Positions 28,194 to 40,714 of a stretch of 64,000 nucleotides of DNA are shown piece by piece; the first letter of the stretch is position 1; every line of letters starts with the position of its first letter. This DNA is from an uncultured Acidobacteriota bacterium (GTDB lineage Bacteria > Acidobacteriota > Thermoanaerobaculia > Gp7-AA8), in contig CAWGHO010000002.1 in NCBI GenBank assembly GCA_963822445.1, positions 832,001-896,000 of the forward strand. The letters are read 5' to 3'. A model generated the notes under the pieces. It had not been told where the DNA came from. It saw nothing but the letters and a program-made list of their open reading frames with translations, and made no database searches. Both the position numbers and the translations under genes were made by a program.

Positions 28194-29003
28194 ATGAAAC
28201 GGATCATCTTCCTGCTGCTGTTCGCCGCGTCGCTCACGGCGCAACCGGTCTTCGACGACACCTACGAGCGCATCCTCGTGCCGGTGTTCCTGCCGGTGAC
28301 TCCCGGCGCTTTCGGCTCGGAGTTCCATTCGCAACTGACGGTCTGGAACAAGAGCCAGACCGAGACGCTGCGTATCTTCGGCGTCGAGGAAGCGTGCCGG
28401 TTCCCGATCACCTGTCCCGCGCCGGATCCCGGTGAGCCGGTCGAGGTTCGGCCGTACGGCTCGGATCCCGAGACACCGGAGGGACCGATCCTCCTGCCCA
28501 ACGGCTCGCCGGGGCGATTCATCTACGTGCCGAAAACGGACATCGATCTGCTCGCGGCAAATCTGCGTGTATTCGACAACAGCCGCAGCCAGCAGAACTA
28601 CGGCACGCAGATCCCGCTCGCGCGGCAGCGCGATTTCTCGAGTGAGCGGATCGTGCTTCCGGACGTGCCGATGAGCTCTCCTTTCCGCAACACCCTGCGC
28701 ATCTACAGCGCCGAGGCGGCGACGGTGGTGGTGTCGTTCGAAGGACCGTACATCATCGGCTCACCGGTCATCATTCCTCCGGGCTCGCGGAATGTGACTC
28801 TCCGCCCCGGCGTCAACGTCTTCGATCCGGCCTACGCCGTCGTCACCAACTTCGCGCCGTACCCAAGAAACCTGACCGTGGTGGTCGAGCCGCTCCCGCC
28901 CTGCGCGATCTGCCCTCTGCCGCACATTCCCCCGGCGATCTGGGCCTTCATCAGCGTCACCAACAACGACACGCAGGCCATCACCACCATCTTCCCGAAT
29001 TGA
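28194..29003 (+). CDS. Secreted paralogue 2 (shared C-domain only, no IPT)
   Basis: Signal peptide, [38 protein letters not shown]. Confidence 0.85.
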   Translation: MKRIIFLLLFAASLTAQPVFDDTYERILVPVFLPVTPGAFGSEFHSQLTVWNKSQTETLRIFGVEEACRFPITCPAPDPGEPVEVRPYGSDPETPEGPILLPNGSPGRFIYVPKTDIDLLAANLRVFDNSRSQQNYGTQIPLARQRDFSSERIVLPDVPMSSPFRNTLRIYSAEAATVVVSFEGPYIIGSPVIIPPGSRNVTLRPGVNVFDPAYAVVTNFAPYPRNLTVVVEPLPPCAICPLPHIPPAIWAFISVTNNDTQAITTIFPN

Positions 29004-29013
29004 GGCCCTTCCC

Positions 29014-30030
29014 ATGAAACGACTCTTCGCAGTGATGTTGTTTGCAGCATCTGCGTTCGCGGAACCGAAGATCACCGGCGTCTCGCCGAACAGCGGTTCG
29101 GTCAGCGGTGGAACGGTGGTGACGATCAGCGGGACCGGTTTCGAATTCTGTCCGATCTGCTCGCCGCCGCTTCTGGGGTTGGTAATGTTCGGCAGTACCC
29201 CCGTTCGCGACGTCGCGCTGCTCGAAGACGGCTCGATACGCGTCACGGCGCCGGCGCATCTTCCGCAGACCGTCGACGTGCAGGTCCATCAATGGAACGG
29301 CAAAGCATCGCTGCCCGATGCGTTCACGTTCACCGGCAAGATCGAGGATGGCTTCCATCAGGTCCTCCTTCCGCTGTTCACGCCAACCGTTCACGGCGCG
29401 TTCGGTTCCGAGTTCGTGACCGAGCTGCGGCTCATGAACGCCGGCGACGGATTGGCGCGGGTCTACGGCCTCACTCTCGACTGCCGCATCCTGTGCCCTC
29501 CGCTCGATCCGCTGGAAGTGCCGTTGGAGCTCCTGCCCGGGCGATCGCAGCATCCCTTCGACATCGCCAGAAGCGGCAAGCCGGGCCAGTTCCTGTTCAT
29601 CCCGAAGAACATGGCCAGGGTGACGATGAACCTGCGCGTCTTCGATCAGACGCGCGACGAATTCAACTTCGGAACGGAACTGCCCATCGTTCCGGTCTCC
29701 GAGTTCACCAACGACCGCATCGTGCTGCTCGGCGTTCCGGGTGACCCGCGCTTCCGCAACACGCTCCGCATTTACGCGACCGCCGAAACCTCGGTGACGG
29801 TCAGCGTCGACGACATCGCCTGGCACGTCCCGCTGACCGCCGGTGAGAACGAGCTCTATCCGGCGTACGCGCAGTTCTCCGGCTTGCCGGTCGGCGACTT
29901 CAAGTACGACGTGACGATCGTTCCCGCGGAGACGGCTCCACCGCTGATCGCGCCGAAGGTCTGGGCGTTCATCAGCGTCACGAACAACGACACGCAGCTG
30001 ATCACGACGATCTCGCCACAGCCGAACTAG
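29014..30030 (+). CDS. Secreted IPT/TIG-domain protein, paralogue 3
   Basis: [26 protein letters not shown]; [17 protein letters not shown]. Confidence 0.85.
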   Translation: MKRLFAVMLFAASAFAEPKITGVSPNSGSVSGGTVVTISGTGFEFCPICSPPLLGLVMFGSTPVRDVALLEDGSIRVTAPAHLPQTVDVQVHQWNGKASLPDAFTFTGKIEDGFHQVLLPLFTPTVHGAFGSEFVTELRLMNAGDGLARVYGLTLDCRILCPPLDPLEVPLELLPGRSQHPFDIARSGKPGQFLFIPKNMARVTMNLRVFDQTRDEFNFGTELPIVPVSEFTNDRIVLLGVPGDPRFRNTLRIYATAETSVTVSVDDIAWHVPLTAGENELYPAYAQFSGLPVGDFKYDVTIVPAETAPPLIAPKVWAFISVTNNDTQLITTISPQPN

Positions 30031-31062
30031 AACAGGTCCCTTTGCGTCCGCATCGCCGAAATCGGATATCCGAGGTGCTCGTACGCCGTGCGGCTGGCAA
30101 CACGGCCGCGCGGCGTGCGCTGCAGGAAGCCGATCTGGATCAGGTACGGCTCGTACAGATCCTCGATCGTCCCGCGATCCTCCGCAATCGACGACGCAAG
30201 CGCATTCAGGCCGACCGGCCCGCCGCCGAAACGCTCGATCACCGTCGTGAGCAGCTTGCGATCGATCTCGTCGAGACCGTACTCGTCCACTTCCAGCATG
30301 CGCAGCGCCTTCGCGGGCGATCGCTACGTTCACTTTCCCCTCATGCTTCACCTCCGCGAAATCGCGCACGCGGCGCAGCAGGCGGTTGGCGATGCGGGGG
30401 GTTCCGCGCGAGCGGCGGGCGATCTCCATGGCCGCCGCTTGCGTCGATGGGGATGCCGAGGATGTCCGCGGAGCGGCTGACGATGATGGCCAGTGAATCG
30501 ACGTCGTAGAAGTCGAGGCGATGCACGATGCCGAACCGCGCGCGCAGCGGCGCGGTGAGCAGTCCCGCGCGAGTGGTTGCGCCGACGAGCGTGAAGCGCG
30601 GGCAGCTCGACCTTCAGCGTTCGCGCCGCGGGACCCTGCCCGATCGACCACGTCGACGTGGAAGTCTTCCATCGCCGAGTAGAGAACCTCCTCGACGATC
30701 GGCGGGAGGCGGTGGATCTCGTCGATGAACAAGACGTCGCCGGCTTCGAGATTCGTCACGATCGCGACGAGATCGCCCGGCTTCTCCAGCGCGGGGCCGG
30801 AGGTCGTGCGCAGGCTGGCGTTCATCTCGTTGGCGACGATGTTCGCGAGGGTGGTCTTGCCGAGGCCGGGAGGACCGAAGAGCAGGACGTGATCGAGCGC
30901 CTCGCCGCGCTTGCGGGCGGCCGTCGAGCGAGATCTCGAGGTTCGCCTTGACCTTGTGCTGGCCGATGTACTCGCGCAGCAGCGCGGGGCGGAGCGAGAG
31001 CTCGGTCTGCAGGTCTTCGGTCGGGGGTGGCGGCGAGGATGCCTCGTCGATCGGCTGATCAC
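30027..31062 (-). CDS. ruvB: Holliday junction branch migration helicase RuvB; several frameshifts (probable sequencing errors), start approximate
   Basis: [70 protein letters not shown] in alternating frames. Confidence 0.9.
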
Positions 31063-32723
31063 GTTCTACCCGACGGCGCGCCCGGCCTTGGCCAGCGGGC
31101 AACGACGACGGTGATGGCCGTGCCCTCGCCTTCCCGCGACGCGACCTCGATCTTGCCGCCGTGCTCCTGCACGATGCGGTAGGAGATGGCCATGCCGAGG
31201 CCGGTGCCGGAGGGGAAGTTGGTGCGGAACGGCTGGAAGAGGCGGCTGCAGATCGGCGTCGGACATGCCCCGGCCGCTGTCGGCGAAGATGATGTGGTAC
31301 GAAGCCGTCGTCGACGGTCGTGCGAACGGCGAGCACGCCGCCGTTCGGCATGGCCTGCACGGCGTTGCGCGCGAGGTTCCAGAAGACCTGGCGGATCTGG
31401 TCGGCGTCGCCGACGATGGGGAAGGACGGCGGCGCGATCTCGCGGCGGATCCCGTGGTTCGCGTGAGCTCGGGCGAGTTCGCAAGCAGGTCGAGGGTCTC
31501 TGCGAGGCTGGCGGCGACGTCGAACTCGACGGCGCGCTTCTCCTGCGGCCGCACGAAGCGGAGGAAGTCGGAGATCGACTTGTTCAGCCGCTCCGACTCC
31601 TTGAGCACGATCGACATCAGCCGCTGTTCCTGCGGCGTCAGCGACTTCGAGTTCTTCAGCACCTGCACCGATCCGGCGATGGCGGCGAGCGGATTGCGGA
31701 TCTCGTGAGCGATGCCGGCGGACAGCTCGCCCACCGCGGCCATCCTGTCCTTGAGCCGCACCTCGGCCTCGAGCTTCTTCATCTCGGTGAGGTCCTGGAA
31801 GATGAGCGTGTAGCCCGCGCGACTTTGCCTTCGAGCGTGCTCAGCGGACTGACCGCGAAGCCGATGCTGCGCCGCACGCCGCCGACGATGAAGTCGTCGA
31901 TCTCGCGGCGCACGACCTCCCCGCCGTCGAGCTCCTCGCGAGCGTCGTTCCAGTCCTCGACGGTGAAGAAGCCGAGCTCGGTCACGTGGCGGCCGAGGAT
32001 GGACAGCGGCTCGGAGCTGCAGGATGCTGCGCACCGGCGGGATTGACGAACGAGGCGATGCCGTACTGACGAGAGCGTGATCAGTCCCGAGGGGATCGAC
32101 TCGACGACGTTCTGGTTGAGCGCGCGCAGCTCCGCGAGGTTCTGGCGGTTCGCGTCGAGCTCCTCGGACGGTCCGCTGCAGCTGTTCGGAGAGGTAGGAC
32201 GTGAGCAGCGCCGTCGCGTAGAAGCCGGCGAAGTTCGCGGCCATGTTGAAGTAGAGCCGCGAGGCGGTCCAGGCGATCGGGAGAAAGAGCGACTGCTCGC
32301 GGCAGCGGAAGGACGCCGTAGTACATCAGATCGACGAGCACGCCGTAGAGGATCGACGCGCCCGGACGCGGCGAGCAGGCCGCCGCGCCGGTAGAGCAGC
32401 ATCGACGCGGTGATGATCGAGACGAGGTAGAGGAACGAGAACGGCGAGTCGAGGCCGCCGGTGAAGTAGACCAGCAGCGTCTCGACGACGAGATCGCCGC
32501 CGATCTGGACATGAGGTTGATCGACGCGCGAGGGGATGAGCTGCCGAGGGCGATGTAGACGAGCGTCAGCGCGTACGTCACGCCCGGCGGTGATGTAGAG
32601 GTAGTTGAGCGGCAGGACCTCGCGGACCGTGTACTGAATGATCAGCGCCGCGAGCAGCAGCGTCGTGACGACGACGACCCGGACGGCGATGAGCATCCGG
32701 GTGTCCTGGGACATCTGGGTCAT
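31059..32723 (-). CDS. pilS: PilS-like membrane sensor histidine kinase; frameshifted, end approximate
   Basis: TGGLDSPFSFLY TM region, PAS-like segment, GIAHEIRNPL H-box, GTGLGM G-box; follows pilC. Confidence 0.75.
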
Positions 32724-32734
32724 GGCTCGATCGG

Positions 32735-32796
32735 CGTAGTGTCGGGCCTCTGGCGCTACGCTCTGGGAAGCGTAGGCCGGAGGCCCACCCTACACG
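32735..32796. repeat. Inverted GTAG-type REP pair
   Basis: GTAGTGTCGGGCCTCTGGCGCTAC facing GTAGGCCGGAGGCCCACCCTACACG. Confidence 0.7.
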
Positions 32797-32800
32797 GGCT

Positions 32801-34014
<1,214 letters not shown>

Positions 34015-34042
34015 GATCGCTCCTCCTCGAAGCCCGCCTACA

Positions 34043-35180
<1,138 letters not shown>

Positions 35181-35196
35181 TGTGTGTCTCCTTGCC

Positions 35197-36914
35197 TCAG
35201 GCGACGGTTTCGCGGACCACTTCTTCGACGGTCGTTACGCCGTCCTTGATTTTAACCAGACCGGAGCGGCGGAGCGTGATCATGCCGTTCTCGATGGCTT
35301 TGCTCTTGATCTCGATGGCCGTACCGCCGGCCAGGATCAGGTCGCGGATGTCGTCGTCGATCTCCATCACCTCGAAGAGGCCGACGCGGCCCTTGTAGCC
35401 GGTGTTGTTGCACTTGTCGCAGCCGCGGCCCTTGTACACGCTGAAGGTGCCGATCTCTTCCTTCTTGAAGCCGAGGTTGGCGAGGGCCTGCGGCGACATG
35501 TCGACCACTTCCTTGCAGCTGCTGGCAGATGCGGCGGACCAGGCGCTGGGCGGCGATGAGCTGCGTCGCCGTGGCCACCAGGAAGGGCTCGATGCCCATG
35601 TTCATCAGGCGGTTGATGGTCGACGGCGCGTCGTTGGTGTGCAGCGTCGAGAGCACGAGGTGGCCGGTCAGCGCGGCCTTGATCGCGATCTCGGCCGTCT
35701 CGAAGTCGCGGATCTCGCCGACCAGGATGATGTTCGGGTCCTGCCGCAGGAACGAGCGCAGCGTGGCCGCGAAGTTGAGGCCGATCTGCTCCTTCATCTG
35801 CACCTGGTTGATGCCCGGCAGGTTGAACTCGACCGGATCCTCGGCGGTCATGATGTTCACTTCCGGCGTGTTGACCTTGCGACAGCGCCGAGTAGAGCGT
35901 GTTGGTCTTGCCCGATCCGGTCGGACCGGTGACGAGCACCATGCCCCAGGGCTTGAAGATCGCCTCCTCGAACCGGGCCAGCGACTCCGGCTCGAAGCCG
36001 AGCTTGGTCATGTCGAGCCGGAGGTTGTCCTTGTCGAGGAGCCGCATGACGATCTTCTCGCCGAAGAGCGTCGGCAGCACGGAGACGCGGAAGTCGAGCT
36101 CCTTGTTCTTGTCCTCGAGCTTGATCTTCAGCTTGATGCGGCCGTCCTGCGGGAGGCGCTTCTCGGAGATGTCGAGCTTGGCCAGGATCTTCATGCGCGA
36201 GGTCATGGCGTCCTTCAGCTTGAGGGGCGGATTCATGATCTCGTAGAGGATGCCGTCGATGCGGAACCGGACCCGGTACTCCTTCTCGTACGGCTCGATG
36301 TGGATGTCGGAGGCGCCGCGCTTGATGGCGTCGGTGAGGATCAGGTTGCACAGCTTCACGACCGGCGCTTCCTCGGCCGAATCGGCGAGGGCGCTGACGT
36401 CGAGCTCCTCGTCTTCCTCGAGCACCTCGAGGTCGGCGCTCTCCTGCGTCTGAAGGTCTTCCATGACCTTCTTCAGCTCGAGCGAGGAAGTGGTGCCGTA
36501 GTAGCTGTCGATGGCCGCCTTGATCCCCAGTTCCGAGGCCACGACCGGCTCGACGTTGTAGCCGGTCATGAACTTGATGTCGTCCATGGCGAAGACGTTC
36601 GTCGGATCGGCCATGGCGATGGTGATCGTGGCGCCGGTCTTGTTGACCGGGAGGATGTTGTACTTGCGGGCGACGTCACCGGGGATGAGCTTGATGACGC
36701 TGCTGTCGATCTCGAAGTGCTGGAGATTGATGGAGGGGACGCCGAACTGCTGGCTGAGGCACTCGGTGATGTCCTCTTCGGAGACGAATCCGAGCTTGAT
36801 CAGGGTCTCGCCGAGCTTGCCGCCGGTCTCCTTCTGGACCCGCAGCGCTTCCTTGAGCTGATCCTGCGAGATCAGGCTGGCTTTGGTGAGCAACTCACCC
36901 AGACGCACACTCAT
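35197..36914 (-). CDS. pilB: Type IV pilus assembly ATPase; frameshifts near 35878 and 35520
   Basis: N-terminal RLGELL (MshEN-like), [47 protein letters not shown]. Confidence 0.93.
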
Positions 36915-36965
36915 AGTTGGTTTTTCAGGGGTTCCGCGCTAAACAAACGTGATCGGGAGTTTAAC

Positions 36966-37678
36966 TTACCGCGCATCCTTCAGGACGGGCGGGTCGATCG
37001 ACCCCACGCCGGAGGTGATGGCGCGAAGGGTCGCGGTGATGGCGCCGAAGTTCACTTCCGTCCGGATGCGGACCGGAATCCTGCGGTCGTCGTCCGAGTA
37101 CCAGATCCAGAGGCGCTCTTCGCGATCGACGCCGGCCGCCGACATCTTCGGCTCGATCACCACCGTGTTGAACCTGCCCGCGGGCGTGGTCAGGACCTCG
37201 CGGCGAACCACGATCGCGTGGACGTTGTAGACCTTGCCGTCGGCGATCAACGTGAAGTCGTGAGTCTTGCCGGGCGAGAGGTCGAGCGTCCGGAGGTGGT
37301 AGATGATCGAGATCGGGTCGTAGACCGGCCGGGGGACGTCTACCTTCTTGATTTTCTTGCGCTTGCGCGTGGCCACGCCGTCTTCGATGGTGGTCGCTTC
37401 CTCGATCTTGTCGCCGCTGTTCGTCGAGGCGTTTGGTGTAGCGGAGCGTCGAGAAGTCGTTCCTGGCGACGATGGTCTCGATCTCGTCCCGGACCTTGAA
37501 GAATCGCGAGAAACCGGGGCTGGACTTGCCGACGGAGGTGATGCGCAGGCGGTCGTCCTGAAGCGGGGCGATGGTCATGCGGGCGGAGCCGCCGGTGATC
37601 TTCAGCCACTTCAACTCGTAGTCGAGCGTTTCGCCTGAGAGGAAGGTCGCCAGCGATTGCCGCGAGGAGGAAGCTCAC
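36966..37678 (-). CDS. DUF3108-domain secreted protein; frameshifted
   Basis: GETLDY.LKW, YDPIS.IY.LR, TPAG.F, IWYSDDDRRIPVRI across frames. Confidence 0.75.
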
Positions 37679-38574
37679 TCCGCGGAAACCCTTTCCACCG
37701 CATTCATGACCGCTTCAACAGTTATTGATTCCATCAATTTCGTCGTCACAAATTCGTCTACGACGTGATCGAGCTGCCCGTAGGGCCCGTTCCGCCGCGG
37801 ATTGGTCGGTCCGTAAAGCCCTACCACTTTCGTACCCAGGGCCGCGGCGAGGTGGAGCGGCCCGGTATCGCCTCCGATGACGAGCTCTGCACTTTGGAGG
37901 AGCCAGGCTAGCTCGCGCAGGTTCGTGGGCGGCGCGACGCGGGCGCCGATGGCCTGGGCCCGTTCGGCTTCGCCCGGTCCCCAGACCACGAGGGGATCGT
38001 CGAGTTTCATGGCCAGCTCCCGGAATCGCTCGATCGGCCAGAGCTTGTCGGGCTTGCCGGCGCCGGGGAGGATGACGGTTTTCGCGGGGCGGACGTCGAT
38101 GGGTTGGGGGAAGGCGGACCAGTCGGGAGAACGAGGGGTAGGCCGGAGGCCCACACTACACGCCAACTCCAGATTCTGCTCGACGACATGCTTCGTCGTG
38201 TCAACGGCGACGCGGTGCGTCGTAAACAGCCGCGAGGCTTTTTCGCGAGGTCGTTCGAATCCGTACCGCGTCTCGGCCTTGGCCAACGCGCCGAGCATCG
38301 CCGACTTCATCAACCCCTGAAAATCGATCGACAAATCCGCACCGCGCATCTTTCCGAGCGCGTCATGAATCTCGCCCCGCGAAGCGATCAGCGAGCGCCC
38401 CCATGTCTTCATCCGCACCGGAATGACCTCGACGCCGGCCACGATCTCCACGAGCTCGGCGTATGGCGCCTCCACGACCCAGGACACGTGCGCATCGCGC
38501 AGGGCCGTGACCGCGGGAATCGTGTGAATGACGTCGCCGAGGGCCGAGAGGCGGAGGACGAGGATGCGCTTCAC
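37675..38574 (-). CDS. waaC: Glycosyltransferase family 9, heptosyltransferase I-like
   Basis: RLSALGDVIH, DFQGLMKS, HVVE, DTGPLHLAAA, GLYGPT. Confidence 0.8.
   Translation of the reverse strand: MKRILVLRLSALGDVIHTIPAVTALRDAHVSWVVEAPYAELVEIVAGVEVIPVRMKTWGRSLIASRGEIHDALGKMRGADLSIDFQGLMKSAMLGALAKAETRYGFERPREKASRLFTTHRVAVDTTKHVVEQNLELACSVGLRPTPRSPDWSAFPQPIDVRPAKTVILPGAGKPDKLWPIERFRELAMKLDDPLVVWGPGEAERAQAIGARVAPPTNLRELAWLLQSAELVIGGDTGPLHLAAALGTKVVGLYGPTNPRRNGPYGQLDHVVDEFVTTKLMESITVEAVMNAVERVSAE
38138..38162. repeat. REP-like copy embedded in frame in the GT9 gene
   Basis: GTAGGCCGGAGGCCCACACTACACG, one mismatch from 32772-32796. Confidence 0.75.
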
Positions 38575-39044
38575 TTGCGGCGCATCTTCTCGAGGACGGC
38601 GGTCGTGGAGTGATCTTTCGGATCGCCGACGATGACCACCTTGCCGCCGTACGCGTTCACGACGTCGCGCTCCGGGACGGAGTCGGCGGTGTAGTCGGTG
38701 CCCTTGCATTGAAAATCAGGCCGCAGCACGCCGAGCAGCCGCGCCGGGCTGTTCTCATCGAAGATCGTCACGTAGGAGACGCCGCGGATGGCGGAGATGA
38801 TCTCGGCCCGCTCGTCTTGCGGCATGAGCGGACGGCCTTCCCCTTTGAGAACGCGCACCGAAGCGTCGCCGTTCACTCCCACCACGAGCACATCCGCGAC
38901 GTTTGCCGCGTCCTGCAGGTAACGAGTGTGGCCGACGTGCAGGACATCGAAGCAACCGTTGGCGAAGGCGATTTTCTTTCCGGCAGAGCGTTCCTTCTCG
39001 AGAGCGGACGTGAGCTCGTCTTCGTTCAGTATCGGAGCGTTCAC
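38571..39044 (-). CDS. rfaE2: D-glycero-beta-D-manno-heptose 1-phosphate adenylyltransferase
   Basis: NGCFDVLHVGH, SVRVLKG.GRP, KGTDY, STT. Confidence 0.9.
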   Translation of the reverse strand: MNAPILNEDELTSALEKERSAGKKIAFANGCFDVLHVGHTRYLQDAANVADVLVVGVNGDASVRVLKGEGRPLMPQDERAEIISAIRGVSYVTIFDENSPARLLGVLRPDFQCKGTDYTADSVPERDVVNAYGGKVVIVGDPKDHSTTAVLEKMRRK

Positions 39045-40057
39045 TCCTCCAGCTCCTCGTCCCTCTCGATCGCGTACCGTACCTCGTCGCTCGACGCCGT
39101 CGCGGTTCCCATCTTCATCACCACCACCCCGCCAGCGTAATTCGCCAGCTTCGCCGCCTCGGCATACGAAGCACCGGCAGCCAGCGCGAGCGTGAACGTG
39201 GCGATGACCGTGTCGCCGGCGCCGGTGACGTCCGCGACTTGATCGGTACCGGACACGGGGATAAACAGCGGCGCACCTTCGCGCTCGAACAAAGCCATTC
39301 CGCGGCTGCCACGCGTGATGAGAATGGCCTCGCAGTCGAGACTTTCCTGCAGCGTCTCGGCAACGTCGTACAGACGATCTTCATCCTCGCCGTTGAACAG
39401 TGACGTCCCCGCGGCGGCCGCGGCTTCCTCTTCATTCGGCGTGGCCGCGGTAACGCCGGGATAACGCAGCAGGTCGTAGCGCGAATCGAGCGTCACCGGC
39501 TTGTTGTGCGCGAATTGCGTCAGAGTTCCGGCCAGCGTGTTGGTCACGACGCCGTAGCCGTAGTCGCTGATGATTCCGGCGTGGCAGAGCGAGATGTGAT
39601 CGCGAAGCAGCATCTCGAACTGTTTCGCCTCGTCCTCATGCATCTCGAACTTGTCTTCGATGTCGTAGCGGACGATCTGCTGCCGGCTGGCGTGAGGCAT
39701 GCCGCCGAGGATGCGGACTTTGGTCGGCGTGTTGTAGCGGTCGGTGCGCAGAATGCCTCCGCAGTCGACGCCGTTGTCGGTGAGCCGCGCGATCAGCGCG
39801 TCCGCCGCCACGTCGCGCCCCAGAACCGATACGGGCACGGGGAAACCGCCGAGGGAGAGGATGTTGTTGATGGCGTTGCCGGCGCCGCCGAGGAGGACGT
39901 CGTCTCGGTACTGGCGGAGGATCAGAACGGGCGCTTCCCGCGAGATCCGCTTGGGTGTGCCGTAGATGAACCGGTCCGCTACGATGTCGCCATAGACGAC
40001 CACGAGCTTCCCCCTCATCCCCTCCGTGAGCTGCAGCAAACGCGACCGGCTGAACAC
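39041..40057 (-). CDS. rfaE1: D-glycero-beta-D-manno-heptose 7-phosphate kinase (PfkB family)
   Basis: RISREAPV, GGAGNA, SDYG.G, TPNEEEA, DVTGAGDTV. Confidence 0.9.
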   Translation of the reverse strand: MFSRSRLLQLTEGMRGKLVVVYGDIVADRFIYGTPKRISREAPVLILRQYRDDVLLGGAGNAINNILSLGGFPVPVSVLGRDVAADALIARLTDNGVDCGGILRTDRYNTPTKVRILGGMPHASRQQIVRYDIEDKFEMHEDEAKQFEMLLRDHISLCHAGIISDYGYGVVTNTLAGTLTQFAHNKPVTLDSRYDLLRYPGVTAATPNEEEAAAAAGTSLFNGEDEDRLYDVAETLQESLDCEAILITRGSRGMALFEREGAPLFIPVSGTDQVADVTGAGDTVIATFTLALAAGASYAEAAKLANYAGGVVVMKMGTATASSDEVRYAIERDEELEE

Positions 40058-40075
40058 GGCCCGCGACTATAAACG

Positions 40076-40255
40076 ATGAGCGACGAGCGCCGCCTGACTG
40101 AAGGAGTCCACTTCTACCGCGAGGGACCGTACGTCGTCTTCACGGAGCTTTTTCTGCGGGAGCGGGGCTACTGCTGCGAGTCGGGCTGCCGGCATTGTCC
40201 GTACGGATATCGCCCAGATCAGCGTGCTGAAGCTGATCCTTCTCCTGAAGAGTGA
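40076..40255 (+). CDS. DUF5522-like small Cys-rich protein (59 aa)
   Basis: Hand translation MSDERRLTEGVHFYREGPYVVFTELFLRERGYCCESGCRHCPYGY...; RGYCC.SGCRHCPY motif; absent from the ORF track. Confidence 0.85.
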   Translation: MSDERRLTEGVHFYREGPYVVFTELFLRERGYCCESGCRHCPYGYRPDQRAEADPSPEE

Positions 40256-40676
40256 GGATGTTCTCGACGTCGATCAGCAGATAAACCTCTTCGCCGTACG
40301 GCACCACCGCGATCAGGAGCTCGCCGCGAATCCCGCGGACGATCTTCGGAGGGGTGAGAAACGCCTCGCTCGACACGGTGATGATGCGGCGGACCTCGTC
40401 GACCTTCAGACCCATCACACCCGCGGACGTGTGCGTGACCAGAACCAATGGCTGGTCGGCGCGCTCACTGATCTGCGGATACAGCCGATCGCGCAGATCG
40501 ATGATCGGGATGACCTCGTTGCGCAGCACGACGATGCCTTCGATGAACGCCGGCGCGGTGGGAACGGAGGTCGAGCCGCTGTACTGGATGATCTGGCGGA
40601 CGGCCATGATGTCCAGGACGAAGGTCTCCGGACCGACGCGGAAGGTGATCAGGCGGAGGGCGGTATTGTCCGGCAT
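40140..40676 (-). CDS. cheW: Chemotaxis coupling protein CheW
   Basis: ITFRVG.E.F, VP.AP.FIEGIV.LR..VIPIIDL, GLKVDEV. Confidence 0.88.
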   Translation of the reverse strand: MPDNTALRLITFRVGPETFVLDIMAVRQIIQYSGSTSVPTAPAFIEGIVVLRNEVIPIIDLRDRLYPQISERADQPLVLVTHTSAGVMGLKVDEVRRIITVSSEAFLTPPKIVRGIRGELLIAVVPYGEEVYLLIDVENILTLQEKDQLQHADLGDIRTDNAGSPTRSSSPAPAEKAP

Positions 40677-40677
40677 G

Positions 40678-40703
40678 AGATCCTTCGGCTTCGCTCAGGA
40701 TTC
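40678..40703. repeat. Single REP-like hairpin resembling the 20.7-21.1 kb element ends
   Basis: AGATCCTTCGGCTTCGCTCAGGATT versus AGATCCCGCGTCTTCGCGCGGGATA. Confidence 0.45.
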
Positions 40704-40714
40704 CGGGTGCGCAC

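Noticed and set aside
28981-31062. 693-aa RuvB fusion in the ORF track
   Set aside because: Artefact of frameshifts reading on antisense through the IPT gene; the RuvB end is at 30027
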